Both the position numbers and the translations under genes were made by a program. From Candidatus Bathyarchaeia archaeon (GTDB lineage Archaea; Thermoproteota; Bathyarchaeia; Bathyarchaeales; Bathycorpusculaceae): 64,000 bases of DNA. Below the pieces are notes generated by a model. That model saw nothing but the letters and a program-made list of their open reading frames with translations. It was not told the DNA's origin and did not search any database. The stretch is from the NCBI GenBank assembly GCA_050012255.1, contig JBEKHN010000006.1, positions 1 to 64,000 of the forward strand. The letters run 5' to 3'. This document shows positions 29,280 through 39,039 of the stretch, one piece after another. Within the stretch, counting starts at the first letter, position 1; every line of letters begins with the position of its first letter.

Positions 29280-29735
29280 ATGCCAACAATAAGAAGTGAA
29301 TATGGCTTTGACCAGTTCACAACTCTATTACAGAAATTCGCATATGAAGTAGCTATGGATGCCGTGACAGACCTACGACACGACCATGTTCGAATAGATA
29401 TTGGTGGCCACAGATTCCAATATGTTGATACTGGCAAGTACATGCTTAGGTTCTCTCCGTCAAGGATCAGTTTTATGAAGCAAGATAAGACAGACCACTG
29501 GAGCTTTGAAATTGAAGAGAAACTCTACATGACGAGCAATCACCGTACCAAAATATCTTTTATAGTGGCAGTTGAGTCGGTGTACGACGAAAAGACACAG
29601 CGTTACATCGAGCACGACCGCAGGGAAAAGGAGAAAGCACGAGAAAAAGAGATCCGCGAGTTCATAGAGAAAATGATGACTCAAAACTCAATGAAGCCGA
29701 TGCCCAGATTCTCGTTAAAGACCGGACCCGCCTAG
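29280..29735 (+). CDS. Hypothetical protein
   Basis: ATG 6 nt after GGGGTG. Confidence 0.65.
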   Translation: MPTIRSEYGFDQFTTLLQKFAYEVAMDAVTDLRHDHVRIDIGGHRFQYVDTGKYMLRFSPSRISFMKQDKTDHWSFEIEEKLYMTSNHRTKISFIVAVESVYDEKTQRYIEHDRREKEKAREKEIREFIEKMMTQNSMKPMPRFSLKTGPA

Positions 29736-29771
29736 ACAACCAGTATATTCCTCCCTTTTTTCTATCTCGGG

Positions 29772-30116
29772 GTGAACAAAATCAACAACCTTCAAATGAA
29801 ACATCTGTTGAAGCTCTGTAAGAAACATGAAATTGATCCCTACGAAATAGACAGCACTTTATCCTACTCTGAAGTCAAGAAACACATACAATCCCTCATC
29901 ATAAGCCCTGAAAAGGACTTGGACAAGTGGGATTCCGCGGAAGAACAGTACCTCAAGGACCATCCTCTCTGGAACTACATCATGAACACATCGAAGACCA
30001 GACACAGGAAAGTCCCTCCTGAACTGGAAGGATTCTCACTGAGGGCTTATGCGCAAAGCTTAAAAACACAGGCTAACCGTTCTCCGTTCTCTCCGAATGA
30101 ATGCTTAAATACGTAA
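29772..30116 (+). CDS. Hypothetical protein
   Basis: 114-aa ORF after leader. Confidence 0.6.
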   Translation: MNKINNLQMKHLLKLCKKHEIDPYEIDSTLSYSEVKKHIQSLIISPEKDLDKWDSAEEQYLKDHPLWNYIMNTSKTRHRKVPPELEGFSLRAYAQSLKTQANRSPFSPNECLNT

Positions 30117-30154
30117 TAACCCTCCTTTCTCTTTGTACGAAGTGGGGTGGTACG

Positions 30155-30361
30155 TTGGGTAAAAAGAAAACAGCCAGCCAAGCAACTGAACGACTCAATC
30201 TGTATCTCGAACCAGACTTAGCAAGGAAACTCAGCAACTATTGCCTTGCAGTAGAGAACAAGCAGCAGAGAATAATCACACACATTAAACACAAAATAAC
30301 TAAAAAGGCACTGGAAGAATGGCTCGAGAAACACGCTGACGACCTGACTATAAAACTCTAA
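30155..30361 (+). CDS. Small RHH-like protein
   Basis: RLNLYLEPDLARKL...ITKKALEEWL; TTG after GGGGTG. Confidence 0.6.
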   Translation: MGKKKTASQATERLNLYLEPDLARKLSNYCLAVENKQQRIITHIKHKITKKALEEWLEKHADDLTIKL

Positions 30362-30423
30362 TCCTCCCATTGAAGCGTAAAATCACACAACTAAATCCCT
30401 CCTTTTTATTTCGGGGTGAGAAA

Positions 30424-30915
30424 ATGTTTGAACAAACCCTTTTCGAAATAGTGTCAGCAGGGCTGTTCGCCGCGGCCCTGGTCCACGGAATGCGCAGGTA
30501 CAATCCGCGCCGGCTGCTCATCGCGTTGGCGACCGTGGCTGTGTTGATGATCGCTGAGGAAAACGCTGTCATGATGCTGACGAACAACTACGCATACTAC
30601 GAGTATCACCTGTGGGTCGGCCGGTTGCCCGTGGCCATCATCCTATCCTGGTTGGTCGTGGTTTATCTCGGATCTCAGCTGTCAGATGTCGTTAAAAATC
30701 GATTTCTAGGAGCCCTAATCACTTCAAGCATCGACCTGGTCCTGGAACCCGCCGCGTACTATTGGGGGCTGTGGGTGTGGTATCCGACGACCGTTTACTC
30801 ACCGGTGAGCTACTTCAATGCTCCCATATACAACGGTGTCGGATGGTTCCTTTTCACGCTGATCGGAGTACTGATACTGAACAAAATGTGTACCTGCCAT
30901 TCTCGCGTTCCGTAA
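30424..30915 (+). CDS. Carotenoid-biosynthesis (CruF-like) membrane protein family
   Basis: LPVAIILSW...DLVLEP...GLWVW...P.YN.VGWF. Confidence 0.7.
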   Translation: MFEQTLFEIVSAGLFAAALVHGMRRYNPRRLLIALATVAVLMIAEENAVMMLTNNYAYYEYHLWVGRLPVAIILSWLVVVYLGSQLSDVVKNRFLGALITSSIDLVLEPAAYYWGLWVWYPTTVYSPVSYFNAPIYNGVGWFLFTLIGVLILNKMCTCHSRVP

Positions 30916-30952
30916 TCACCCCTTTTTTACACTTTCTTGTCTATTGTCGGAT

Positions 30953-31231
30953 TAGCGCGCTGCCTTGTCCCGAAATTGGTCTAAAATGGTCATAATTCCT
31001 ATTTTCGGGTTTAGGGACAGTTTTGAGGCATATATCTGTTTTTAGTCCTCCTCTGCGCTTTGACGTCCCAGACGGACTAGATGTAGCTTCAACAGCTTAT
31101 GGGAGAACTCTACTTCCATCGAGCTTTGATGGAACCCCGTGATTTGCCATCTTTCAACGCGGTCAAGATTACCCGTCAAACAAGCTCAAATCAAGCTCCA
31201 ATAGACAAAAGAAGAATAAAAACCATTTTTA
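30953..31231. repeat. Second, right-truncated copy of the MITE-like unit
   Basis: Left end TAGCGCGCTGCCTTGTCCCGAAATTGGTCTAAAATGG; 31211-31231 is the exact reverse complement of 17440-17460. Confidence 0.65.
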
Positions 31232-31346
31232 CAGAGAAGATTTGCCGCAAAACGTGAATTAGTTTAATCATTCTAGGACAGAAACAAAAAAAAGACAGAA
31301 ATCTTAAATCTGCATAGCAATGGAACCTTTTTGAGGTGAATAGAAT

Positions 31347-31724
31347 ATGCCTAAGTTTTTCGAAAGAAAAAATACCCCAACTTGTAAAGATTGTGCATAC
31401 GTTGAAGACGTATTCAATTTCTGGGTTCGCAAAAGACCTGATTTAAGGGGAGACCAACTTAGCCAACTTCTCAAGGGAATGCCTTTGACTTTTATTTGTC
31501 GAAGAATAGATAAGCACTTCAATAGCTGGAAAGAGGTTTCTGAAAATCCTAAATGTAACCATTTTCTTAAAGGCTGTCGTTCAATATCAGTCGAAGAGCA
31601 AGAACATTTCCTAGATAGAGACTTGCAACGAAAGAACTATGTAGCATCCATTTTGACTTCAATAATAATTATGACTTTTACAGTTGTCATTGCTTTTGCA
31701 AGCCTTAGAGGAATTCTTTTTTAG
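31347..31724 (+). CDS. Hypothetical protein with Cys motifs and C-terminal TM
   Basis: CKDC...C...C; hydrophobic tail. Confidence 0.6.
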   Translation: MPKFFERKNTPTCKDCAYVEDVFNFWVRKRPDLRGDQLSQLLKGMPLTFICRRIDKHFNSWKEVSENPKCNHFLKGCRSISVEEQEHFLDRDLQRKNYVASILTSIIIMTFTVVIAFASLRGILF

Positions 31725-32485
31725 AAGAAGAGAAAAGCCTAAGCCATACAATAGAAAAGGCTCTAGTCAAGCTGAAAGAGGATGCAGTACGGTAAGCACT
31801 AGCATGACTTCGAAAATGAGGTGTCCTTTAGGTCTTATTTGAAGGCTTGAATAACTCTTGTTGAACACAAGGCAAAGAGAGGCTATGTATATTTACCATC
31901 ATTTTGGTGAATGTTGCTGAGTGTTCAATTAAAACAATGTAACTCTTCGAAAACTACCAGAGGGATGTCACTATTTCGAAATTCCCATCATTTTTCCATA
32001 CGAAAGAAGTGACCTACTTCTGGTCTTTCTCGAAATATTGTGGAAATCATGTTGAACACGTCCAACAATATAACCAAAGAAAAGAGGCGCATAGTAATGG
32101 GCAAATGCGAAAAGAGCCACGAAAAGAGTTTGTTTCTGAATTTGCAGTTTGATTGAGTCAATATAAAATCGGAAGATTTCGGAAAACTTTAATAGGATGT
32201 CCTGACACTACGAATTGAGGGGGGCAAGCAATAAGAGAGCGGGAAAGTGATGTGATGGATAGATTTCAGCCATTCTCGGTGGAAGCCAGCCGAGCCTATT
32301 CATCCTTCACCCCGAGAGATGCATAATCTAATATACGTTGGCTATTTCAACCTTGTGCCCCAAAACTGGTTCTAGTCAAACTGAAGCGCGCGCGCATCGC
32401 GGAGCCTTACACTGGGACCTTCAGCTTAACCCCCCACAGTTCGAGAAAGGCGGACACTCCAAGAAGGCCGAAAGCTGACGCGAGG

Positions 32486-32576
32486 CCTAAAATTGTCCCC
32501 AAATCACAAAAGACGATCGATCGAAAAGACGAATTAAGACCATTTTTAACCATTTTCGGAACGGGCATGCGCGCTA
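32486..32576 (-). repeat. Third copy of the MITE-like terminal repeat (inverted)
   Basis: GAATTAAGACCATTTTTAACCATTTTCGGAACGGGCATGCGCGCTA; supplies the TAG stop of the UvrD gene. Confidence 0.7.
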
Positions 32577-35339
32577 TTTCCGTGAGCATATCTTTTGCCA
32601 GTCACAGTAAACGCAATTCCTTGAGGGCTTGGGAGTAAAGGCGCGATCGATTATACGTGAGATTGCATGACTTGCTTCTTTTGTGGCTTTCTCAAGATGA
32701 AGAGGAGCAATCTTTACGTATTCTTTCTGACGCTTGTGCTTTCGGTCTAGATGGTGAATGCATGCGCGCTTAGGGTTCAGGCCTAGTGATCTGAGACAAG
32801 CAATGGCATAGAGCCTCAGCTGCAATTCATAGTCCTTCTTGTACAGATCGTCAGTTTCTTTCTCGGTTTTGAAATCTATGATTTCGACCTCCTTCACATT
32901 TCCTTTCTCATCGAGTTTTTTCAGAAGGTCGATTTGCCCTGTTATCAGAGCTTCGCCAAGGACGAGCTCGAATCTTTTTTCGGTTTCAAGCACCTTTGTG
33001 AAGTCTGTCTTGTTTACCATCACATAGTTCTTGATTACTCTCTTTCCAGCTTTTTTCAGGTTGTCGGTAATCTTGGTCGTTGCATATCTTAAGAAGAAGT
33101 ATTTGTCAAAAAGCCCGTCTATGCTCGGCTCATCAGGGATTTTCTTACTGGTAATGAAGTCTTTGTAGATGATGTTAAGTATGTTGTGGAGTCTCGTTCC
33201 ATATCCGAATGCTGGCGGGACGCCTGCTTGATATCCATAAATGTTTCTGAGTAGATAGTCGTAGCCACATCTTCTGTAGCAGTTAATGTCGCTGAAGGAA
33301 GTGGGGAATATGCTACCGCTGATTTTTCTTGCAGGATATCCTGAGCGTTTCCTTGTTATGACCGCGTTGTGAGAGAAATTGGCGCAATGTGCGAGTTCGC
33401 CCATGAAAGGATGCGGTTCGAAAGCCGCCGGGCGCTTGTATGGGGTTCCATCTTTCTTTTTTCGTTTTGCTGAGCCCGTTATGAAAAGGTATTTCATGGA
33501 CCTCGTTATCGCAGTGTAATAGACTCTTCTCTCATCTTCTATGTCGCCCTCATACTTAGCTACGTCATATAGTTTCTCATCGATCAGGGTTCCCCCGAAC
33601 GCTCTGTGTCTTTCCTTGACAAAGCTTGGAATGAAGACCACAGGAAATTCAAGGCCTTTTGCCCGGTGTATTGTTAGGACTTTGACCGCGTTTATGAGTG
33701 CAGGATCATTGTGGCTGGTGTCTGCGTAGCTGTGCTTGCCGTAACCTTCGACAAACCCGAAGAAGTATTTGACTTCTGAAGCGCGCAGTCTTATCCACAC
33801 AGATTCATAGTCTGCTATTGCGCGGCTCAGGATCGCTAGGTTGTAGTTGTAGACATCGCGAAATTCGAATCTGTCAGCCCCAAAAGCTTGGATTATCTCA
33901 TGGAAATATGGTTGCAGGCCATATGCAAGATAGCCTCGTTTGCCTGTAGCCATGATCTTGCGAACAGCTTTCTTCATTCTCCCGAGAATTCTGACAAAGC
34001 GTCGTGCGTCAGACTTAGGATATTCACGTTTTGGAAAGACGGTGGTATATTCTGTCATTAACTCTCTGCTGGTCACTGTGTTGTCTTCAAAGGACAGGTT
34101 GAACAGATATGCCAAGCACTTCAGACTCAGTACGACCTCAGGTCTATTGAACACTTCTTCGCCTATGTCGAGGACGCAGTCGATGCCTTCCTCATCTAAG
34201 CGTCTGACTATCTTGGCGGCTTCGTCTCGTTTTCGGGTCAGGATCGCAAAGTCACCATATGATAGGGAAAACGGTGTGCCCTTCTTATCGCAAAAATCAG
34301 TTCCAGAAAGTGCTCCGATTCTGTCGACTATGAATGAAAACTCGTCATCTTCGGTGTCAAAATGGGTGTAGAACAGGTCATCGTTTTGAGGCTTGTTGGC
34401 CTGCTTCTTGCTGGGTTTCATTTCTTTGCGAAGCCTTCGTTTGTTATGTCTAATGAAATTCTTTGCGCAATCGATGATCTGAGATGTGCTCCTGAAATTA
34501 TGGGGAATAGGTACCGTGATCACATTATGATAGTTCTTCGGGAAGTTGATGATGTTATCAACAGTGGATCCGCGCCAGTTGTATACGCATTGATCGTCGT
34601 CGCCGACCACGCAAAGACTCCTGCCCCCTTTGGAGATCAGTTTTATCAACTTCTCCTGAAGAGGGTCCACGTCTTGATATTCATCCACTATGAGGTGCTG
34701 TACCTTTTCATGAAGCCTCTTTCTAGCGTCTTTGCTTTTCTCAAGTAGATCCACAAGACGATATATCATCGAAGTGAAATCGAGAAATCTATCTCTGTCC
34801 AAGAATGCATCATATTCATTACAACATCTCCGGAAATCCTTGTTTGAGAGGTCACTGGGGTTGACGTTTTCCATTCGCAGAATGTCATAGCTGTTTGAGA
34901 ATTCGAGAATGGTGTGAAACTTGCCGCCATCTTCCAGTTGAGGAAGGTTGGAATAGTTGTAGCGACGTGGCATTGCGAGAAAGGCCACTCTTTTTGGTTC
35001 GTCAAGTACATCGTAGCCTCTGTAATGGGGCTCGAGCTCTTTGAGCATCTCAAAACAGAAGCTATGTATTGTCCCAACGTACATGTCCCCTAGATCAGCC
35101 TTACTCGGACATTCTCTATCAAGAATGGATCTTATACGCGCTTTCAGTTCTTCAGCTGCCTTTTCAGTGAAAGTGAATGCAACGATTGACGCTGGTTTTT
35201 CGCCTTTTTTTACTAGTTCGGCGATTCTACTTGAAACAACTTCGGTTTTTCCTGATCCTGCACATGCAATGACCTGCAGATTGCCGGATAGATTGTTGAC
35301 GGCCTTCTTTTGTTGCTTTGTGAAAGGGAATTTTGGCAA
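32574..35339 (-). CDS. UvrD/PcrA SF1 helicase fused to C-terminal PD-(D/E)XK nuclease with Cys cluster
   Basis: ACAGSGKT, VDEYQD, VGDDDQ, TIHRAKGLEF, GQIDL...IIDFKT, CVYCDWQKIC. Confidence 0.93.
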   Translation of the reverse strand: MPKFPFTKQQKKAVNNLSGNLQVIACAGSGKTEVVSSRIAELVKKGEKPASIVAFTFTEKAAEELKARIRSILDRECPSKADLGDMYVGTIHSFCFEMLKELEPHYRGYDVLDEPKRVAFLAMPRRYNYSNLPQLEDGGKFHTILEFSNSYDILRMENVNPSDLSNKDFRRCCNEYDAFLDRDRFLDFTSMIYRLVDLLEKSKDARKRLHEKVQHLIVDEYQDVDPLQEKLIKLISKGGRSLCVVGDDDQCVYNWRGSTVDNIINFPKNYHNVITVPIPHNFRSTSQIIDCAKNFIRHNKRRLRKEMKPSKKQANKPQNDDLFYTHFDTEDDEFSFIVDRIGALSGTDFCDKKGTPFSLSYGDFAILTRKRDEAAKIVRRLDEEGIDCVLDIGEEVFNRPEVVLSLKCLAYLFNLSFEDNTVTSRELMTEYTTVFPKREYPKSDARRFVRILGRMKKAVRKIMATGKRGYLAYGLQPYFHEIIQAFGADRFEFRDVYNYNLAILSRAIADYESVWIRLRASEVKYFFGFVEGYGKHSYADTSHNDPALINAVKVLTIHRAKGLEFPVVFIPSFVKERHRAFGGTLIDEKLYDVAKYEGDIEDERRVYYTAITRSMKYLFITGSAKRKKKDGTPYKRPAAFEPHPFMGELAHCANFSHNAVITRKRSGYPARKISGSIFPTSFSDINCYRRCGYDYLLRNIYGYQAGVPPAFGYGTRLHNILNIIYKDFITSKKIPDEPSIDGLFDKYFFLRYATTKITDNLKKAGKRVIKNYVMVNKTDFTKVLETEKRFELVLGEALITGQIDLLKKLDEKGNVKEVEIIDFKTEKETDDLYKKDYELQLRLYAIACLRSLGLNPKRACIHHLDRKHKRQKEYVKIAPLHLEKATKEASHAISRIIDRAFTPKPSRNCVYCDWQKICSRK

Positions 35340-35492
35340 TTTGCCTCACACAAAGGTAGGAAAAGGAAGAGTTATTAGATTTGCGCATTGACCATTCGCA
35401 TTGAGAGTCAGATTAAGACGGGCGTGACAGTATTGCAACTCCACTTTTCTGATAAGGACGGGTCTTTGTTGGCTTTTCAGAATGCGCACAGA

Positions 35493-36131
35493 ATGTTCAA
35501 TATCATATCCAAGACGTGGAATCCGGTAGTCGGGTGTCTGCATTCGTGTTCCTATTGCTGGGCAAGAAGACTGGTGGGCACTAGGCTGAAGAACTCGGAG
35601 AAGTATAAAGATGGTTTCACACCCAAACTTGTTGAGAAGGAACTGAGAAAGAGATTCTACAATCAGTTTGTTTTTGTCTCTGACATGGGTGACCTATTTG
35701 GAGAATGGGTGCCCTCAGAATGGATAACGAAAGTATTGGATACTGTCAGACAAAACCCTGACAGTACATTCCTATTCTTGACTAAGAACCCAGGAAAATA
35801 TAAGGAATTCCTTGGTTTGTTTCCTGAAAACATAGTTCTTGGAGCCACACTGGAATCCAATAGAGAATACGCAGTCTCCAAGGCCCCTTTGCCCTTTGAG
35901 AGGTACAGAAGCATGGCAGACATTCAATTCGATCACAAGCTTGTCTGTATAGAGCCGATAATGGACTTTGATCTGGAAACGTTTGTTCAATGGATCAAGG
36001 ACATAAAACCATCAGTAGTCTATGTTGGATATGACAACTATAACAACAGGCTCACTGAACCCAATCTGACCAAAACTGAACAGCTAATAGATCAACTAAG
36101 TGCCTTTACAAAGGTGAAGACAAAGTTTTAA
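35493..36131 (+). CDS. DUF5131 (phage Gp37/Gp68-like) radical SAM protein
   Basis: TWNPVVGCLHSCSYCWA, FVSDMGDLF, FLTKNP; start approximate. Confidence 0.85.
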   Translation: MFNIISKTWNPVVGCLHSCSYCWARRLVGTRLKNSEKYKDGFTPKLVEKELRKRFYNQFVFVSDMGDLFGEWVPSEWITKVLDTVRQNPDSTFLFLTKNPGKYKEFLGLFPENIVLGATLESNREYAVSKAPLPFERYRSMADIQFDHKLVCIEPIMDFDLETFVQWIKDIKPSVVYVGYDNYNNRLTEPNLTKTEQLIDQLSAFTKVKTKF

Positions 36132-36231
36132 GCGCGCGAAAAGACAGAGGGGTGCACGAGGAGCGTTGGCTGTTAAAGTCTTATTAGAGTAGTGCCCGCA
36201 CTGCTTTAGCGAGTTTAGGAGATCGGACAGA

Positions 36232-37305
36232 ATGGAGCGCACCGTTGCCGTCAGCTACCTGCAAAACATTATGGGAAGTAACAAGGCCATGGGGCTTGTC
36301 GCTCAAGCTGATTTTCAAAAATGGGTACATGAGTGCGGTGGCAATGTCGAAAGAAAGTACTTTAATGGTTGCTGGGTTATGTCTCCGAAGGGTTCAACCG
36401 CAAACAAGAGAATGTGTTTTTTTGTTCATGAGAAAATTGAGACAAAAGAAGCACTTCAATCTGCCGTTGATTCCTTGATTTTGAATAGAGGTTTTCATGG
36501 TCTTTGCGGTTCTATGGTTCGGTCCGGATTCGGTGTTTTCCACTGCTTTGCGATTGGCAACTCCAATACTGGGAACCTCGGGGATCTAGAATGGACATTG
36601 TACAGATATCGAAACGAGAATCTTAGCCAAATAGACGCTCAGCAACTCTTTGCGATCTGGCCAGGAAGAGGAAGAGCAGGCCGCAGGGCTGCATGGGATG
36701 CTCGCGTCATAGACAGGTACCAAGTTCTCGATCTCCACGTCCTCGAATCGCTCGTGTTGAATCAAGTCTTCTTTAATTCATTCGTTAAAGAACTGATGAA
36801 AAAGCCTGTTGCCGATCCCTATGATGTCGATGGCTTTTTTGTTTCATATGAAGGAAAGATCCTGCCGTTGGAGATAAAGGAAAAATTTCCTTTTGAGGCA
36901 AATAGGGTCAAGCTTCTTGGAATTGACGCGGGGAGAATACTCATGCTGATGCGGATATGTCTTCCTTTGGACTGTAATGGTCTCTACATAATTAGGGAAG
37001 TTGAGGATTCTCCGCAGAGACGTTTTGTGGGTTGGAAAATGACGACCCTTGATTCTATAGTCATGAACTCCAACTGGACCCTTCAAGCTGGCGGTACAGG
37101 CATGACAGGTGGTCCAACACAGACCGTGACATTTCCATACGAGTGCTTTTCAGATCTCAATGCACAGACATTTTCTGATGAAAGCCTGCATAGAATCAGC
37201 GAATTTTCGAAGATTATCAAGGAAAAGGCAGCTGCTTTTCAAGACGGGGTTGAGAGATTTATTGAGTCTGCTTCATCTCAATCTCAGCGGAGCCTACCTG
37301 CTTGA
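36232..37305 (+). CDS. Putative PD-(D/E)XK restriction endonuclease
   Basis: PYDVDG...LEIKEK; converges on the C5 methyltransferase. Confidence 0.6.
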   Translation: MERTVAVSYLQNIMGSNKAMGLVAQADFQKWVHECGGNVERKYFNGCWVMSPKGSTANKRMCFFVHEKIETKEALQSAVDSLILNRGFHGLCGSMVRSGFGVFHCFAIGNSNTGNLGDLEWTLYRYRNENLSQIDAQQLFAIWPGRGRAGRRAAWDARVIDRYQVLDLHVLESLVLNQVFFNSFVKELMKKPVADPYDVDGFFVSYEGKILPLEIKEKFPFEANRVKLLGIDAGRILMLMRICLPLDCNGLYIIREVEDSPQRRFVGWKMTTLDSIVMNSNWTLQAGGTGMTGGPTQTVTFPYECFSDLNAQTFSDESLHRISEFSKIIKEKAAAFQDGVERFIESASSQSQRSLPA

Positions 37306-38362
37306 GAATGCTGTCCCCAATTGCTTTGGCAAGAAGCACAGGAACTGCATTACCGACTTGCCTGTACTGGAACTGGAATTTGACATAGTTCAGGGCCATT
37401 ATGGGTCCGCAGAAAACGTAGTCGGTTGGAAAACTCTGAAGCGTTGCGACCTCTCTAACTGTTCCCGTTCTTGGTTCCGAAGGATGCGTCCAGTCATCTC
37501 GACAATGTCCGGTTATGCATCTCGACGGTTTGTCCAAGTCGTCTCTAAACCTCCAGTTCTTCCAAGCAGAGCCCGGAGCTAAACTTGCCAGTTTCTTCTT
37601 TTTCTTTTCGGTATGTCTTGGCATGTCCTGATTCGGCATGTCTGGCGTCAGCTTCGAGAATGCCTGTCTGATTGTGACATACAGCGGGAGTCCGAGAAGA
37701 TTATGCACTGGAGAATACGTTGGTTCAGGGAACCTCAGAAGGAGCCCATCTCTCGAACCAAGAAGAAACAACCGCTTTCTTATTTGGGGAACACCATAGT
37801 TGGCCGAATTTAGTATTTGGGGATTCACTTTGTAGTCAAGTGAGCTGAAAGCATCCAGCACTCTTTGAAAGACCTCGCCACCCGCTTTGTTCAGCAGTCC
37901 GGGCACATTTTCCATGAGGAAAGCTCTTGGGCGAATCTCTCTTACGAATCGACGGAAGTGAAGGAACAAGTTATCGCGGGGGTCGTCAACTGACCTGCCT
38001 CCTTTAGGGATCTTTGCTATAGTAAAGGATTGACATGGAGGGCCTCCCGCGATTAGATCTATCTGTTCTTTTTCCAATCGTATAGATTTCAGAACTTTCG
38101 ACACGTCTAGTTTCGTGATGTCTCTTCGAAAGACCTTTGCATCTGGAAAGTATTTGGGGGCATTACGTCGCAACGTCTGGCAGCAATATTTGTCGATTTC
38201 CACCAAGGCTGTTGTCGAGAACCCTGCCGCTTCGAGACCTAGAGCTAGCCCCCCAGCACCCGCGAAGAGTTCGATTGATTTGGGCCTTCTCTCCATGATG
38301 ATACAACTGCTCAATTCTTCTTTTATATTTGGTGCCTTCTCATATATGAATCGGTAGGACAC
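37259..38362 (-). CDS. dcm: DNA (cytosine-5)-methyltransferase
   Basis: ELFAGAGG, GGPPCQSF, MENVPG, PQIRKR, QVGNAVP. Confidence 0.95.
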   Translation of the reverse strand: MSYRFIYEKAPNIKEELSSCIIMERRPKSIELFAGAGGLALGLEAAGFSTTALVEIDKYCCQTLRRNAPKYFPDAKVFRRDITKLDVSKVLKSIRLEKEQIDLIAGGPPCQSFTIAKIPKGGRSVDDPRDNLFLHFRRFVREIRPRAFLMENVPGLLNKAGGEVFQRVLDAFSSLDYKVNPQILNSANYGVPQIRKRLFLLGSRDGLLLRFPEPTYSPVHNLLGLPLYVTIRQAFSKLTPDMPNQDMPRHTEKKKKKLASLAPGSAWKNWRFRDDLDKPSRCITGHCRDDWTHPSEPRTGTVREVATLQSFPTDYVFCGPIMALNYVKFQFQYRQVGNAVPVLLAKAIGDSILKQVGSAEIEMKQTQ

Positions 38363-38364
38363 CG

Positions 38365-39024
38365 ATGGAAGCTTCGGTCAAGGCCAAATCTGCCTTTGCA
38401 GCGTTGCTTTTGGAGTGGTACCAGAAGAACGGCCGGTGTTTTCCGTGGAGGAACAAGAAAGATCCTTATCAAATCCTGATAGCTGAAATAATGCTTCAGC
38501 GTACAAGAGCGGGTCAGGTTGTCCCTGTTTATCTGAATTTTCTTCGAGATTTTCCAACCATAAATGCGTTGAAAAAGGCACCGGTTGAGCGGATTGAGCG
38601 ATATTTCGGCAAGTTGGGGCTACGTTGGAGGGCCGGTCGAGTTAAACAAATGGCAGAAGACATCGCTGAAAGGTTCAAATCTGGGATCCCATCTGATCGT
38701 GAGCAACTTCTTTCCATTCCATCGATTGGAGATTACATTGCTGACGCCATGCTGGCATTTGCCTATGGGAAAAACGTTGCAGTGGTCGACTCGAACGTCT
38801 GCAGGGTAATTGGTAGAGTGTTCGGTCTTGACTCGAAAAGGGAAGCAAGAAGGAAACTGCTATTCAGGAATATTCCGAATAGTCTGCTTCCCGCTGGAAA
38901 GGCGAGGGAGTTTAACTGGGCGATGATAGATCTTGCTTCGCTTGTATGTCTGCCAAGAAAACCTCTGTGCTCGAAATGTCCACTCAACAGGGTCTGTGAT
39001 TTCGCTCAAACTCTTAGCTTTTAA
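38365..39024 (+). CDS. HhH-GPD DNA glycosylase, MutY/MIG (T:G mismatch) type
   Basis: FPWR...AEIMLQRT, VDSNVCRV, CLPRKPLCSKCPLNRVC 4Fe-4S; lacks MutY C-terminal domain. Confidence 0.88.
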   Translation: MEASVKAKSAFAALLLEWYQKNGRCFPWRNKKDPYQILIAEIMLQRTRAGQVVPVYLNFLRDFPTINALKKAPVERIERYFGKLGLRWRAGRVKQMAEDIAERFKSGIPSDREQLLSIPSIGDYIADAMLAFAYGKNVAVVDSNVCRVIGRVFGLDSKREARRKLLFRNIPNSLLPAGKAREFNWAMIDLASLVCLPRKPLCSKCPLNRVCDFAQTLSF

Positions 39025-39039
39025 ATTCCGAGCGGTCCA

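Larger units (their letters stand above)
23512..30424 (+). promoter_or_regulatory. Array of 12 conserved intergenic leaders CCC-(pyrimidine/polyT)-GGGGTG
   Basis: GGGGTG at 23531, 24715, 24991, 25833, 26476, 27098, 27513, 28608, 29268, 29769, 30144, 30413, each after a C/T-rich tract and upstream of an ORF start. Confidence 0.85.
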
